This document shows, piece by piece, positions 1 through 12,600 of a stretch of DNA of 32,426 nt. Both the position numbers and the translations under genes were made by a program. Within the stretch, counting starts at the first letter, position 1, and the number at the start of each line of letters is the position of its first letter. Source of the DNA: Octopus bimaculoides (taxonomy: Eukaryota); the NCBI RefSeq assembly GCF_001194135.2, contig NC_068986.1:106992738-107025163 (forward strand), given 5' to 3'. Below the pieces are notes generated by a model. That model was not told where the DNA came from, ran no database searches, and saw only the letters and a program-made list of their open reading frames with translations.

Positions 1-216
1 CCTGACACCTTTGGGTATTCTTGACACCATTACCTCTCATAACCTATATATATATATACATACATGCAAACATACACACACTCACATTCAAGTACACATG
101 TATACCTGTAAAATGCACACACGTATCTACTTTCGTTGTACCTCTTTTTCCTTGAAATTGAAAAAAACAGTTACTATTTCGATCCCGTCAAAATAACTTT
201 GTACTTTCAGATCAAT

Positions 217-289
217 ATGACACGACTATTTCCTGTTTGCGTGCTGCTTATGATTGTGATAACAGTAGTTATGACAGAATGCCCTAACG
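217..289 (+). CDS. Gene A coding exon 1: signal peptide of a secreted Cys-rich protein (MTRLFPVCVLLMIVITVVMTECPN)
   Basis: Acceptor tttgtactttcag ends at 210, ATG at 217, hydrophobic core VCVLLMIVITVV, phase-1 donor G|GTAAGT at 290. Clear homolog at 15868-15934. Confidence 0.88.
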
Positions 290-474
290 GTAAGTTACCA
301 ATCATATATCAAAATACTGAATAAATAAATTTTGAGCATTACTTGATCACCAATTCTTTTCCTCTATTCAGCTAATCAGTATTTTCATACTTTGAACGCA
401 TTACAATTGCCGGTATATGATTTCCATTGCCACGAATTGACAATTCGTATACACGTGTATGTAAATATGAATAT

Positions 475-496
475 ATATTTATATAGATAGATATAT

Positions 497-552
<56 letters not shown>
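475..552. repeat. (TA)/(GATA)n microsatellite running into an N gap
   Basis: Read directly. Similar arrays: (CT)n 3369-3420 and 28120-28196; (TTA)n 4339-4440 and 13188-13240; (GATA)n 9583-9641; (CA)n 8410-8508, 11980-12025 and 15700-15766; (AAT)n 19146-19206; (AAAT)n 31587-31620. Confidence 0.97.
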
Positions 553-1029
553 NNNNNNNNNNNNNNNNNNNNNNNNNNNNNNNNNNNNNNNNNNNNNNNN
601 NNNNNNNNNNNNNNNNNNNNNNNNNNNNNNNNNNNNNNNNNNNNNNNNNNNNNNNNNNNNNNNNNNNNNNNNNNNNNNNNNNNNNNNNNNNNNNNNNNNN
701 NNNNNNNNNNNNNNNNNNNNNNNNNNNNNNNNNNNNNNNNNNNNNNNNNNNNNNNNNNNNNNNNNNNNNNNNNNNNNNNNNNNNNNNNNNNNNNNNNNNN
801 NNNNNNNNNNNNNNNNNNNNNNNNNNNNNNNNNNNNNNNNNNNNNNNNNNNNNNNNNNNNNNNNNNNNNNNNNNNNNNNNNNNNNNNNNNNNNNNNNNNN
901 NNNNNNNNNNNNNNNNNNNNNNNNNNNNNNNNNNNNNNNNNNNNNNNNNNNNNNNNNNNNNNNNNNNNNNNNNNNNNNNNNNNNNNNNNNNNNNNNNNNN
1001 NNNNNNNNNNNNNNNNNNNNNNNNNNNNN

Positions 1030-1420
1030 GGTCCCGGGTTCAGTCCCACTGCGTGGCACCTTGGGCAAGTGTCTTCTATAATAGCCTCGGGCCGACCAAA
1101 GCCTTGTGAGTGGATTTGGTAGACGGAAACTGAAAGAAGCCCGTCGTATATATGTATATATATATATGTATGTGTGTTTGTGTGTATGTGTTTGTGTGTA
1201 TGTGTTTGTGTGTCTGTGTTTGTCCCTCCGCCCAACATCGCTTGACAACCGATGTTGGTGTATTTATGTCCCCGTAACTTAGCGGTTCGGCAAAAAGAGA
1301 ACGATAGAATAAGTACTAGGCTTGTAAAGAAAAAGTCCTGGGGTCGATTTGCTCGACTAAAGGCGGTGCTCCAGCATGGCCACTGTCAAAAGATTGAAAC
1401 AAGTAAAAGAGTAAAAGAGT
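1030..1420 (+). mobile_element. tRNA/CORE-type SINE (octopus-like family); 5' end lost in gap
   Basis: B-box-like GGGTTCAGTCCC, CORE-like ACCTTGGGCAAGT, internal (TA)/(TG) tract, 3' end GGCGGTGCTCCAGCATGGCC...AAAAGAGTAAAAGAG; same family at 9045-9290 (-). Confidence 0.8.
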
Positions 1421-1689
1421 AAATATATATCTATATATGTATGGATATATATGTACAGTTCATGCAGGCATATATTATCCACACCAGAAGAGAGGGTTGA
1501 TTAAATACAGAAGAGACAGATACACGTACATGTCTACATATATACGTGTGTATATGCAAAATGTCCAATGATCAAGATAGCAAATTATTTTTATGCATAC
1601 ATGTAATGTACATACATATACATACATATATCGATTTATATGTGTGTATATATATATATACATATGCCCATTAATACCCAGCTATATAC

Positions 1690-3200
1690 GAGATAGCATG
1701 GACTTACTCAAGCATATCCTAACTACTGTCCTGGAAGGTATACTTGCAAGTTTTAATGTCATTAAAATCTATAACAACATACCTCATAGCTTGGGCCTGG
1801 AAGCAGTCGAACTGGGTAGAGAGACACAGAAGATGTATAGATGAACATTTCAGAACAGACTTCATTACCAAAGCTACACGTCTAGTACTAGAAGAAAACA
1901 CCTCCAGACTTAATAATAAGATATACCGACAGATAGAGGGCACGGCTACGAAATTTGCACCTTCATATGCCAACCTAGTCATGGGTTACCTAGAAGGTTA
2001 ACTTTACGAGTAAGTAGGAAAAATCTGTGATCAGAACGTCAAGGAAGACATCGTGAAGAAGTGGAAGCGCTACCTCGATGATTGTTTCATTTTTGGGGAT
2101 AGATTAAAAGACCATTTCACAACGACCTCCTCAACACACTGACCCATCTATCAAACTTACAAAAGTAACAACCTACAAGGAATTACCATTCCTAGACATT
2201 CACATCAAAATACACAACTCCACTGTTACAGCAGACATTTTACAAACAAACGGAGACACACCAATATTTGATTTTCTACTTTTGCCACCCCTCACATATT
2301 AAAAGGAACATTCCATACAATATGCAAGACGTATCTGCACCATAGCATTTGACCCACAAATATTCCAAATTAGACTTGATGAATACAAAAACATCCTACA
2401 AGAACAAAATTACCCTGTGAAACTAGTAAATAATAGATTGTCGAAAGCGACGACATTTGACATCACACAACTAGGGACTCCAAAAGAAAAAAAACAAGGA
2501 AAATGCTATTCCATTTATTAATACACACAACTCTGTAATAACCAATATTTTCCACGTAATACAAACCTACCGAATATTCTTAGAGAGTCCCAAAATGAGA
2601 AATTCTGATAGATAAAAGCTGCATATGAAATAGTAAACGCCTGAAAATTCCTTTAAAACAACTCACAGTGGCAAAATTCACATCAGTGAATGAAACAAAA
2701 TTCTCCGTAACAGAATGTGGAATATGCAACACGAACAACAACTTCAAATATATGTATGGGGACACCCACATAAAATTTAAGAGTGGATTGTCGTTCAACG
2801 TAAATGCAAATATGAGCTGCAAGGCACAAAATCTCATATACTGCGTTACTTCTCCCAAATGCAAAGAAAATTATATTGGTGAAACCAATAATTCCTTTTC
2901 CCAACGCACAAGAATCTACAGACACTAAATCTCGCAAGAAGAACTACGGAAAATTCCACTGAACAAACATATGGAAATATGTGGAGTAGTAAAATTCAAG
3001 ATCTTCCCCTTCTATAAATGCTCAAGGAACAACCCCAAATTCCAAAATGCAATGGAACTATATTTCAAAAACATACCTTTACACGGCTAAATCGAAAACA
3101 ACAACTGGAATTTTAATCAAAAACATCCATGCAAATATTCTCTTCTCCTTACATTAATCAATACAAAAGAAGAAGGCAAGACCTTGAAACGTAATTATAA
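1690..3200 (+). mobile_element. Degraded Penelope-like retroelement (RT + GIY-YIG endonuclease) in gene A intron 1
   Basis: YRQIEGTATKFAPSYANLVMGYLE (ORF 1744-2001), KWKRYLDDCFIF near 2059-2094, CKAQNLIYCVTSPKCKENYIGETNNSFSQR (ORF 2668-2928); multiple frameshifts and stops. Confidence 0.92.
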
Positions 3201-3367
3201 TTGTTCCAGGAGAAAAAAAAAAAAAAACATCTGGTCTTCCAATTAAAAACCTCGATTACTTGATCAGAAAAATTGCTTTCCCTCCCCACCCAAAAGGTCA
3301 CTAAAAAGGAAAGAAACAACATATTGAATCCTTTCCAATTCGTTTCTCTCTTTCACCCTCACTCTCC

Positions 3368-3432
<65 letters not shown>

Positions 3433-3999
3433 AAAGAAGCATCACTTTCAATTTTATATAAATAGGTCAAACAAACATTGGGGATCCATGTTCCGATTTA
3501 CGCGAAACTTGTTTTATTCCGTTTCTCCTTCCCATTTCAGGCGTACTTTCTTTCAGAGTATTTTCCCATTTTCTGCCGATTTGGCCGTATTAAATTACAG
3601 ACAAACTCGCACGCAAGTATGCACACAAACAAAACTGGCATAAACAACGCACACGAATTTGTTGCCTCATAACTTCCAGACAAATTGGATACATTTTAAC
3701 AAAATGTTCCACAAATACTACTTAGATGACGTGGATTCAGAGTAAATAGAGAGTTGTGAGGTATGAGAAGGAATATTTCCGAAGGGATAGGGAAAGGAGT
3801 TTTGAAAAATTCACAAGATTCGAGTTTTTTCCCTCGTAACTTTCAGGAAAATGGATATCATTTAAGGAAATTTTACACAAATACCTTTCAAACAGCATAG
3901 ATTACGACTATAAAGAAATTTGTGGGGAATTTTTTTCCGAAGGGGTGGGGAAAGGAGTTTCGAAAGATCGCATTTTCTGATCAGGAAGACCAGATAAGT

Positions 4000-4440
<441 letters not shown>

Positions 4441-4832
4441 GTTTTATTAGTTTTATTTTTTAGCGTTCACAAATTTTAGCAACCAAATTACGCTTATACC
4501 GAAACCTGGATGCGATTTACCCCTTCACACCAAATCTTTTTTGTCTGCCAAAAGCACGCAGGTAGGAGAAACGTTTGTAGAAGAACGTATCAGTAAACTG
4601 GTATCACTATACTCCCCACACTTCTCTGTTTTATAAAAACAGGAGTGGGAAAAGAGATAAATGATCCGACTGAATTTCATATATGAATTAGAAGGAAGCA
4701 AAGGATATGATTTCAGTTGGATATTATTGAAACCATTTTTACCTTCTTCTAGTTTATAATAAAACTACCTTAGAAAATATCCACTGTACAAAACTGCTGG
4801 GTAGATATTGTAATTCCTGTCTTTTTATTTAG

Positions 4833-4967
4833 AGTGTGATGGATGTTGCTACGGGAACATATGCCGTGGTGAGGGACATACATGGTTGGAAAAGTTGCCC
4901 CGGAAGTGTTCTCGGAAACAATGCAAACGTGTTTGCGGTCGTTGGAAAGCAGTTGAAATAAGAGAGT
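4833..4967 (+). CDS. Gene A coding exon 2: Cys-rich module 1 (ECDGCCYGNICRGEGHTWLEKLPRKCSRKQCKRVCGRWKAVEIRE)
   Basis: Acceptor ctttttatttag ends at 4832; 135-bp open phase-1/phase-1 exon; donor T|GTAAGT at 4968. Same length, phase and Cys spacing as 19641-19775. Confidence 0.9.
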
Positions 4968-5279
4968 GTAAGTTGATAAAGAAATCTTTCGTTTCCTCTA
5001 TTCACTACGTGTTTTGATGTATCAAAATCCCAATGAAAGTTTATATTTGCTTTGCTTTGTTTTGAATGCGATAAGCTTTGTTCAGTAAGTCTTACTTATT
5101 GACCAACGTTAACTGTGAGGCTGATGTACCCCAACACACAGACGATTATATCTAACCCAGTAAACAGCGGATCTTTAGTTTATTGAACTGAACTGACGAA
5201 AACAAATATCCAACAGATCTCAGCGCTTAAACAAATGTGTCTAAATATTGCAAAGCCTTTTTGCAGGCGCACTAACGAT

Positions 5280-5385
5280 TCTGGTTGGCTGGTAGAATCG
5301 TTAGCACGTCGAACAAAATGCTTAGCGGCATTTCTTCCGGATCTTTACATTCTGAACTTATATCCCACTAAATTAAACTTTACTG
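5280..5385 (+). mobile_element. Old SINE fragment shared with gene B intron 2 (20105-20300)
   Basis: GGCTGGTAGAATCGTTAGCACGTCGAACAAAATGCTTAGCGGCATTTC matches the head of the SINE at 20647-20874 and recurs at the equivalent intron position in gene B. Confidence 0.7.
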
Positions 5386-7134
5386 TTTGTATATATATGT
5401 ATATATAACATGTCTTTTTGTATATATGCCTATGTGTATATTCTTGTATTTGCATGTGTGTATGTGTGTGTTTCTGTATGAGTTGTTTGTAGAAAAAGTA
5501 TTCTGTCACTGTGATTATCAATATCTACGAGCTTTCCCAAATTCAAGGGATAGTTTTCTTTAAAAAAAAAACAGACTTATATTTATCTTAATTAAACATA
5601 TATATATCATTAACTAATTTACTCTGGAAATGTATGCTTTCTTTTTAAACAAGAAATTTCTTTTTGATTTAAGTTCTTTTTCCCATTTTATACATCAACT
5701 TTTAATTTTAATTGTTTTTATTACTTTTTTTATTCATATTTACAGTTTGTTTTTAAACCGTTAGTTGACACAACCAATGAAATTCAAACGTGTATCTGTC
5801 AATGTAAAGTACATCATAATATAAATTATACGTCTAACCTAAATTCTTGTTCCATTCTGGATTCCAACTTCCCAACGAATGGGAACGTGAAACTCTGAGT
5901 AGCAGCATTTTGTGATACATTTGCGATGGTTTTGCAGCTTCAGTAGTAAAGCATATTACTCTACCTCCGGTGTTCGAGTACTATTTTTTCCCACATTCTT
6001 TCACGTTTATGTGATTACTTTGGTATATATATATATATATATATACATATAAATAGATTCAAGGTTGAACATGGTACTTATGCGTAGGCACCCGAATATC
6101 GTATCCTAAAAGGATAGGTGATCAAAATCAAAAAATAAGCAACACGGATTTCAAAGGTGATTGCAGTACGCACGTTTCATGCTACTCCAATTTATTTAAG
6201 TAATGCGAGCATTACATTAAATGCAATATGAAGAGCAATTTTCAGCTGCACGAAAATGCAGAAAATTACTGTAGAAAAGACATATTATAAATGTGGCAAC
6301 ATTTCAAATCTAAGTGGGAGAGAGAATACATAAAAATCCAAATGTGAGGAAGAATACATAAATCCATCTTGACATAGCCGAGTCTATCAGGCTAGTAATT
6401 GATTCTAGACAAAAGTTTTAACCTTCTCAGATTTTATTGTTTCTTATCTAGTGGTGATAGCATAAGGGACAATTACTTCTAAAGAGAGGGAAGGTGTAAG
6501 CAGTATGCATGGACAAGGCTATAAAATGTATTAGAATATAAAGGTTTCACTGGTCAGAGTAGTATCAGGTCATTTTACTACTACCAAAATGTTGAGGAAT
6601 TAATGTTGAGGAATTACAACCCTAGGTATATGGGTCAAATAGGTTTTTTTTTCTTTTATTCTGAATAGAGTAACAGTATAGTGGTACAGATATACATATA
6701 TATATATATGTGTGTGTGTGTATACGTTACAACCAAAAGTATAACGATACTATTGTACAAACTGTGGTCCCACACACACAATTTATAAATGAAAGCTAAG
6801 TCCACGTATTCATACATACACTCATACTAATAAGAATGCCTATAAACGGCAACTCCTCAACCGAAATAAGCACAAAAATATACCCGAGTTACTTCCATAA
6901 ATGTGATGCGCAGCACCTCTATTCTTCGCTGTTACATTAAACTTTAGTCAAGATAACATTCAGTTTTGTCATCATGTCCGCAACCTACCCAAACACATAA
7001 ACAAATCATATGAGAACAATAGTCAGTAACATTATCTAGCGTGGTTTAATCCGTAGCATTTTGTTCAAGCAACATTGAGGACACATTAAGGTGTTGAGTA
7101 GGTTCACTCAATGATAACTTTCATAAGGTGTGAA

Positions 7135-7360
7135 GGCGCATGGCTTACTGGTTACGGTATTCGGCTCGCGGTCATGAGTTCGATTCTTGTCAGTGCGTTT
7201 TGTTCTTGAACAAGACATGTTAATTCGCGTTGCCGCAGTGCATTCAACTAGCAAAAATGAGTCGTAACTGTACTTCAAGAAATCAGTCTTATCACATTCT
7301 GAAGCTCCCTCAGAACTACGTTAAGGACGCACCACTGGAAACCTCGACGTCGCAACCAGT
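7135..7360 (+). mobile_element. Degraded tRNA-derived SINE
   Basis: Box A TGGCTTACTGG, box B GAGTTCGATTC; shares AGAACTACGTTAAGG and a CTGGAA(A/C)CCTCGACGTCG motif with the SINE at 23658-24043. Confidence 0.65.
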
Positions 7361-7594
7361 TTCACTCATGGAACCGAATATGATGCTTCGAAATAACCTT
7401 TCATTCTACTGGTGTATAAAGAAACTGAAATGTCTTCTACCTGTCCTTAAAAACGAGGTACAAACTATACAAACAAATACTTTACTCTATTCCGATTTTA
7501 GGAATATGAAGTTAATATCAAAAGTGCATAATAAGTTACGTTAAATAAACATATATACCATATCAGAATATCACTAACTGAAATCATGAGTGGG

Positions 7595-7790
7595 TAAAAT
7601 AGATAGCACGCCAGGCATTTTTGCTTACTGGAAATTTTACTGGCTTTCTGACTCGAATTCAAACTTCTCCGAGGTTGATTTTGCATTCGATCACTTCCAG
7701 GTCGATAAAATAAGTACCGGTTAAAAATTAGAATCATTGAAATCGACTTACAGGCTCCCCTGAAATTGTTGACATTTTGCCAAAGTCTTG
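7595..7790 (+). mobile_element. Old SINE shared with gene B intron 2 (about 24080-24270)
   Basis: TAGCACGCCAGGC...TTTGCATTCGATCACTTCCAGGTCGATAAAATAAGTACCGGTT; colinear copy immediately upstream of exon 3 in both paralogs. Confidence 0.7.
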
Positions 7791-7864
7791 TGCCAGTATA
7801 GGCATAATTATGTGGTAGAAAAATTTTAATAGCATAATCAATACATTCATCATTTTATCAACAG

Positions 7865-8007
7865 ATTGTCGGTTGATTAATGCCGTATGTTCTAAGATAG
7901 ACACATCTTATGTGACCATAAGTGATGACAAATGCTGGAATTACACCTGCAAATATCAGGGAGATTCAAAAATTATAACCACGGTAGAATATGCCGGATT
8001 ATGTTAA
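7865..8007 (+). CDS. Gene A coding exon 3: Cys-rich module 2 ending in a stop (YCRLINAVCSKIDTSYVTISDDKCWNYTCKYQGDSKIITTVEYAGLC*)
   Basis: Acceptor ttttatcaacag ends at 7864; frame open in phase 1; TAA at 8005-8007; exon continues to donor GTGAGT at 8013. The CWxYTCxY motif is shared with 24346-24496. Spliced CDS 73+135+143 = 351 nt = 116 aa + stop. Confidence 0.88.
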
Positions 8008-8235
8008 CGTCTGTGAGTATATTTTTTAAGCTATTTGATTTAACTCATACAGTTCATTTTCTCCATATCACAGCTGCGTTATGCTTGTAACACTTCCCTT
8101 TCAGTTCTAAATTTTACTCCAGTTAGCTCTAATTTAGATGTGAAAGTACAAATCTTAGCATTTCCAGTTGAATGATAGAACTATTAAAATCGCTTATTTC
8201 TTTTTCAATTTAAAACGTGTCTGTTTCTTTTTCAG

Positions 8236-8475
8236 GGAAGCCCATGTCAAGTTAAGCTAACTATGATTACGGCCACTTAAATGGATTACCTAAACAAATA
8301 GACAAATGTATTTATCTATTTTTAAATGTGGTTCTTATTCCATCGGTTTCCTTTGTGGGAAACCGAATACACGGACAAAATATAGAACAAACAAACACAC
8401 AAACACATTATATATATATATATTTATATACACACACACACACACACACACACGCACGCACACACACACACGCAC

Positions 8476-8508
<33 letters not shown>

Positions 8509-8626
8509 NNNNNNNNNNNNNNNNNNNNNNNNNNNNNNNNNNNNNNNNNNNNNNNNNNNNNNNNNNNNNNNNNNNNNNNNNNNNNNNNNNNNNNNNNNNN
8601 NNNNNNNNNNNNNNNNNNNNNNNNNN

Positions 8627-8669
<43 letters not shown>

Positions 8670-8886
8670 CAGTAAATTTTGTAATCGTTACCAATATAGC
8701 ATAAGACTTCACCCCAAAGGATCATTGATTAGATTCCTTAAGGATCTAATTTTGGGTCATTTGTTCTAATGGAAGCCATTCCTGAGGAAGTACCAAACAT
8801 CAGACATCCAACGGATCAGTCGCTGGATAGAGTTGAGCACAAAAATGTTCACATCGAATGATAAATAATTAAATAAATGGAATAAA
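8236..8886 (+). other. Gene A terminal exon (3' UTR; homolog of gene B coding exon 4); 3' end uncertain
   Basis: Acceptor ctgtttctttttcag ends at 8235; starts GGAAGCCCATGTC versus AGAAGCCCATATC in gene B. AATAAA at 8872-8877 and 8881-8886 are candidate poly(A) signals; an N gap lies inside. Confidence 0.6.
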
Positions 8887-9044
8887 AATCGAGCGTGTTG
8901 GAAGTCTCTATCGTTTTTAAATATACAAATTTGAAACCTTGGAAATATATATATATATATAGATAGATAGATAGATAGATATATATATACTTATATATAT
9001 ATATACATATGCACACACATACACAAACACATATAATATATATG

Positions 9045-9290
9045 GTATTTATTCTTTTATTCCTTTATTTGTCTTAGTCATTGGACTGCGGCGGTGCTGG
9101 AGCACCACCCTAACCCTAACCGTAGCCCTAACCCTAACACTAACTCTAACCCTAGCCCTACCCTAACCCTAACCCTAACCCTAACCCAGGACTTAATATT
9201 TGTAAATCAAGTACATATTCTATTGATCTTGTTTGCCTAAACACTAATTTCCGTGGACATATAGACACCAATATCCGTTGTCAAGTGATG
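9045..9290 (-). mobile_element. SINE of the 1030-1420 family, interrupted by a telomeric array
   Basis: Reverse complement aligns with CATCGCTTGACAACCGATGTTGGTG...AAGTCCTGGG...GGTGCTCCAGC...AAAAGA of the first copy. Confidence 0.7.
9108..9187. repeat. Interstitial telomeric repeat (CCCTAA)n, about 13 units, partly degenerate
   Basis: ccctaaccctaaccgtagccctaaccctaacactaactctaaccctagccctaccctaaccctaaccctaaccctaaccc. Confidence 0.92.
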
Positions 9291-9582
9291 GGCGGGCGGG
9301 CGTTTTCTTATGCATATATTTGACGAATTTATACAAAGATTCTTTCTACCGAATTTATCTAAATTCTTTTTGATCGATTCATGATAGGAAACTAAACTTG
9401 CGCACGGATATTCCATGCATATTCCATAAATATTTGTCGTATCTGCGGGAATGTTATGCAGACAAGAGTACTCTACACACTGGTGCTGAATGGTCATTTC
9501 CAGAAAATTCATCAATATCTCTGAGGGTCATAATATAAGACTAATTCTTCGAATCCTTTCTTTTAACAGTATTCACATGTTC

Positions 9583-9642
<60 letters not shown>

Positions 9643-9646
9643 CAGA

Positions 9647-10709
9647 CAGGGTACGGAGGGAGGTAAATCATCGACATTTTACATTTTTAATTTCGCGCAT
9701 ACGCATCGTTTGTTTCGGATTTTGTCGACTAGACAGCAACCTCTGCGAGAAGAACAGCACCATGACGCAATTCACTCTGCCAGAAATTAGGAATCGACAT
9801 GCTGTTCTGCTTGCTGTGCTCCATGCTGTACTAGCCGCGCCGGAAGCTCCAATACGAACATCTCAGAGTATTTGCGTGTGAATCGGAAGACAGAGCAATA
9901 TGAGAGTGATATGTACCGAGATTGATAAAAATTAAATATCCACTCAACATCATGGTGTCTGGAACGATCACAAGTGATGGCGATATTGTGCTTGCATTCA
10001 TCTTCCCAAACGACCTCAGACTCAACCCTTTCGCCCACATCAAGTGCCTGAAGGAGGTAGTGCAGCCCTGGGTCAAAAGGGTAGCTACTGAAAGTTTCTA
10101 CGTATGGCAACAGGATTCTACACCATGCCACACAAGCAGTAGAATCCGTTCATGGTTGTCAGAAAATTTCTGCGACCATTCCACCCCTAACATCTGGCCA
10201 CCTAACTCCCCAGGCAGAAACCTTATTGCTTATTACATGTGGGGCACAGTTAAACGAGAGACCCACAAAACTCCTCGTAACATCAGAAATGAACCAAAGG
10301 CAAGGATTATGGCAGTATTCCCCAACGTAAACACGGAGACGGTCCAGAAAAGTNNNNNNNNNNCTAACTCCCCAGGCAGAAACCTTATTGCTTATTACAT
10401 GTGGGGCACAGTTGAACGAGAGACCCACAAAACTCCTCGTAACATCATAAATTAACCAAAGGCACGGATTATGGCAGTATTCCCCAACGTAAACACGGAG
10501 ACGGTCCAGAAAAGTTGCAGGAGATGCCGAAGTCATCTGGAGGCTATGGTTCAAGCCAATGGCGGGTTTTTTTTTTTATTGAAGAAATTTACTCTTTAGT
10601 ATTTCAATATAATTTTTTATGTAATTTTGGTAAATATATCTGTTAAAATGAGATGTCAGTTATTTTCATTTTTGTCTAATTTAGACGGCAGTTTATTCAC
10701 CGTACCCTG
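9647..10709 (+). mobile_element. Tc1/mariner (maT/DD37D-like) DNA transposon, degraded
   Basis: Terminal inverted repeat CAGGGTACGG (9647-9656) / CCGTACCCTG (10700-10709); ORF 9922-10455 carries WQQDSTPCH and IWPPNSPGRNLIAYYMWG motifs. Confidence 0.85.
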
Positions 10710-11049
10710 GATATTATATCAGAATAAAATTTATAACCTTATAATTAACTTCGCTACGCAATTTTATTTGTTAATATTTGTTTCCGCTTTATAACAGTTT
10801 TGTGTATCTACGTTTTTATAGAAAGACAGATTTGCCAATCGGAAACCGAAGCCAAAGTCAAACCAGTTTACTATGAACTGATAAAGAAGGAAATAATTAT
10901 ACCGGGTTAAGATTTAATTATTGTTATATAATCATCACTGAACTACGATTGAGAAATAATGTAATAAACTAATTACTGATCCAACCCTGCAGCTTCTTGT
11001 TTTGTCTTTCCTATGTATCCACTGGGATTTTAATGACAGTTAGAAATCA

Positions 11050-11830
11050 TTACAACCAGGATTTGATTAAAAGGCAACATTTTTTTACGTCCTGCTGATC
11101 ATTCGTCTGAGACCTTTCGGAATTCTTCAAGGCCACCATAACAAAATCATAACAGACACCACACGGACACACTTTATCTCATCACCAAACTACCGCTTAC
11201 ATTCAGTACTCTTATACACAAACCCCGTTGCCCAGCACAGCTTCATAGCTATCGCTTACACTCATGCACACGCATACAGCCTCTCCTCCACCTTATTACC
11301 ACTTAACAGCTCTAAATACACCAACACGTCCACACATACATAATGTATTACACTCTCAGTCCACGTACACCCATCCGCGTAAACACACAGACGTACAAAA
11401 TTGCAATTTATCTCTACTTTAAACCCACATATGAACCATACCTGTGCTAGAATTTATACCTTGCTCATATACCCGCCATTTCCACTGTGCTTTACAGCTC
11501 TCCTTAACTTGCTAAATTGCTCAAGACAATAGCTCATCTTTGCTACTGACACTCCATGTCGCTTATACAAAAAAAAAAACTTACAGACACTTCCAACCGC
11601 ACAAAGACACACGCCCCAGCTACTCTAGACTGTAACTTCCCTCGTTAACACACAAAATCTTATGAAGCGTCTACAAAAATATACATGCATGCGCACTGTT
11701 TTCTTTCTCTTCCTTCTTATCACCCGTTGTTTCGCTCTCCACGTTTCCTGTTGTCTTCATAATGCGTTACTTCTCCGTAGTAGTTAGGTCCCACTTCTCC
11801 GCTCTTTTCCGCTGCTATTTTACCTTTGAA
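11050..11830. repeat. Unclassified dispersed repeat, also at about 26380-27120 and partly at 1-45
   Basis: Colinear blocks such as GATCATTCRTCTGA..CCT...GG.ATTCTTCAAGGCCACCATAACA and TACACCAACACGTCCACACATACATAATGT occur downstream of both genes. Confidence 0.7.
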
Positions 11831-11978
11831 ATTAAATGCTGGATTTTACAAATTTCACCCACTTACAAACTCCTTTCTACAATCAACGTATTTGTCTCTG
11901 TACAATGACGGCATTTAACCATTTGCGTGCGCTACTACATAACCCTCAGATACTTTTTAACTGTGCTTCGTTTCTGAT

Positions 11979-12018
<40 letters not shown>

Positions 12019-12095
12019 ACACACACAAACGCACACTAACACACACAGACGCACCCAGAAACACACAAACACAGGCATATGTATACATTTACATG

Positions 12096-12600
12096 TACGA
12101 GGGGTACCGAAAAGTAACGGGAAATGTTCGTTTTTGTAGTTCAATGTTCCGCCGTTAGAATCGACTCGATGCGATCCCCGAGTAACAGTTGTCGATCGAC
12201 GTCATCGACTGGTGTCGTACTGCCACGTCGTGCGCCTTTGGTTTGCAGTGCCTCTCCCCATTTCATCGTTTTTGCAATGGCTGAAACGAAGGAACAGCGT
12301 GCTTGCATGAAATATTTTTCTGCTTGGAAAAACGACGGCCAACACAGTTGGCATACCTCAAAGAGCTTACACGGCTGCTGCCATTAGCAAAACACAATCT
12401 TACGAGTGGTTTCCACGTTTTAGGAATTATCAAATGTTGCTTCAAGTCCAACCTTGTTCTGGACCGCAATCACCGAACAATTGACGAGCTTGTTGATATA
12501 CCTGATCTCTCTTGGAGCTCTTGCCTACGAATTTTGGGCGAAGAATTGCGAATGAAAAGAGTAACAGCAAAATTTGTATCTTCGAAGAATTGCTTCTATC
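12096..12600 (+). mobile_element. Mariner 5' fragment (TIR + HTH region)
   Basis: Starts TACGAGGGG; MAETKEQRACMKYF; RNHRTIDELVDIPDLSWSSCLRILGEELRMKRVTAKFV; frameshifted. Confidence 0.8.

Noticed and set aside
136-324. ORF-track 62-aa single-exon protein
   Set aside because: It reads through an acceptor (210) and a GTAAGT donor (290); only 217-289 is conserved as coding in the paralog.
4967-8255. Simpler 3-exon model joining exon 2 directly to 8236 (ending WKPMSS*), or 19775 to 24714 (immediate TAG)
   Set aside because: A conserved in-frame Cys-rich exon with good splice sites lies in between in both genes and completes an even 10-Cys framework. Exon skipping remains possible but is unsupported.
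9237-9515. Minus-strand 92-aa ORF with CVEYSC/CMEYPC, superficially like the CWxYTC motif
   Set aside because: Its 3' part is recognisable SINE sequence and the rest resembles the decayed SINE body; no signal peptide, convincing splice sites or counterpart near gene B.
10202-10515. Tandem duplication of about 152 nt inside the maT transposase, separated by 10 Ns
   Set aside because: Near-identical copies (about 4 differences) flanking a fixed 10-N spacer are the typical mark of unmerged contig overlap or haplotypes, not biology.
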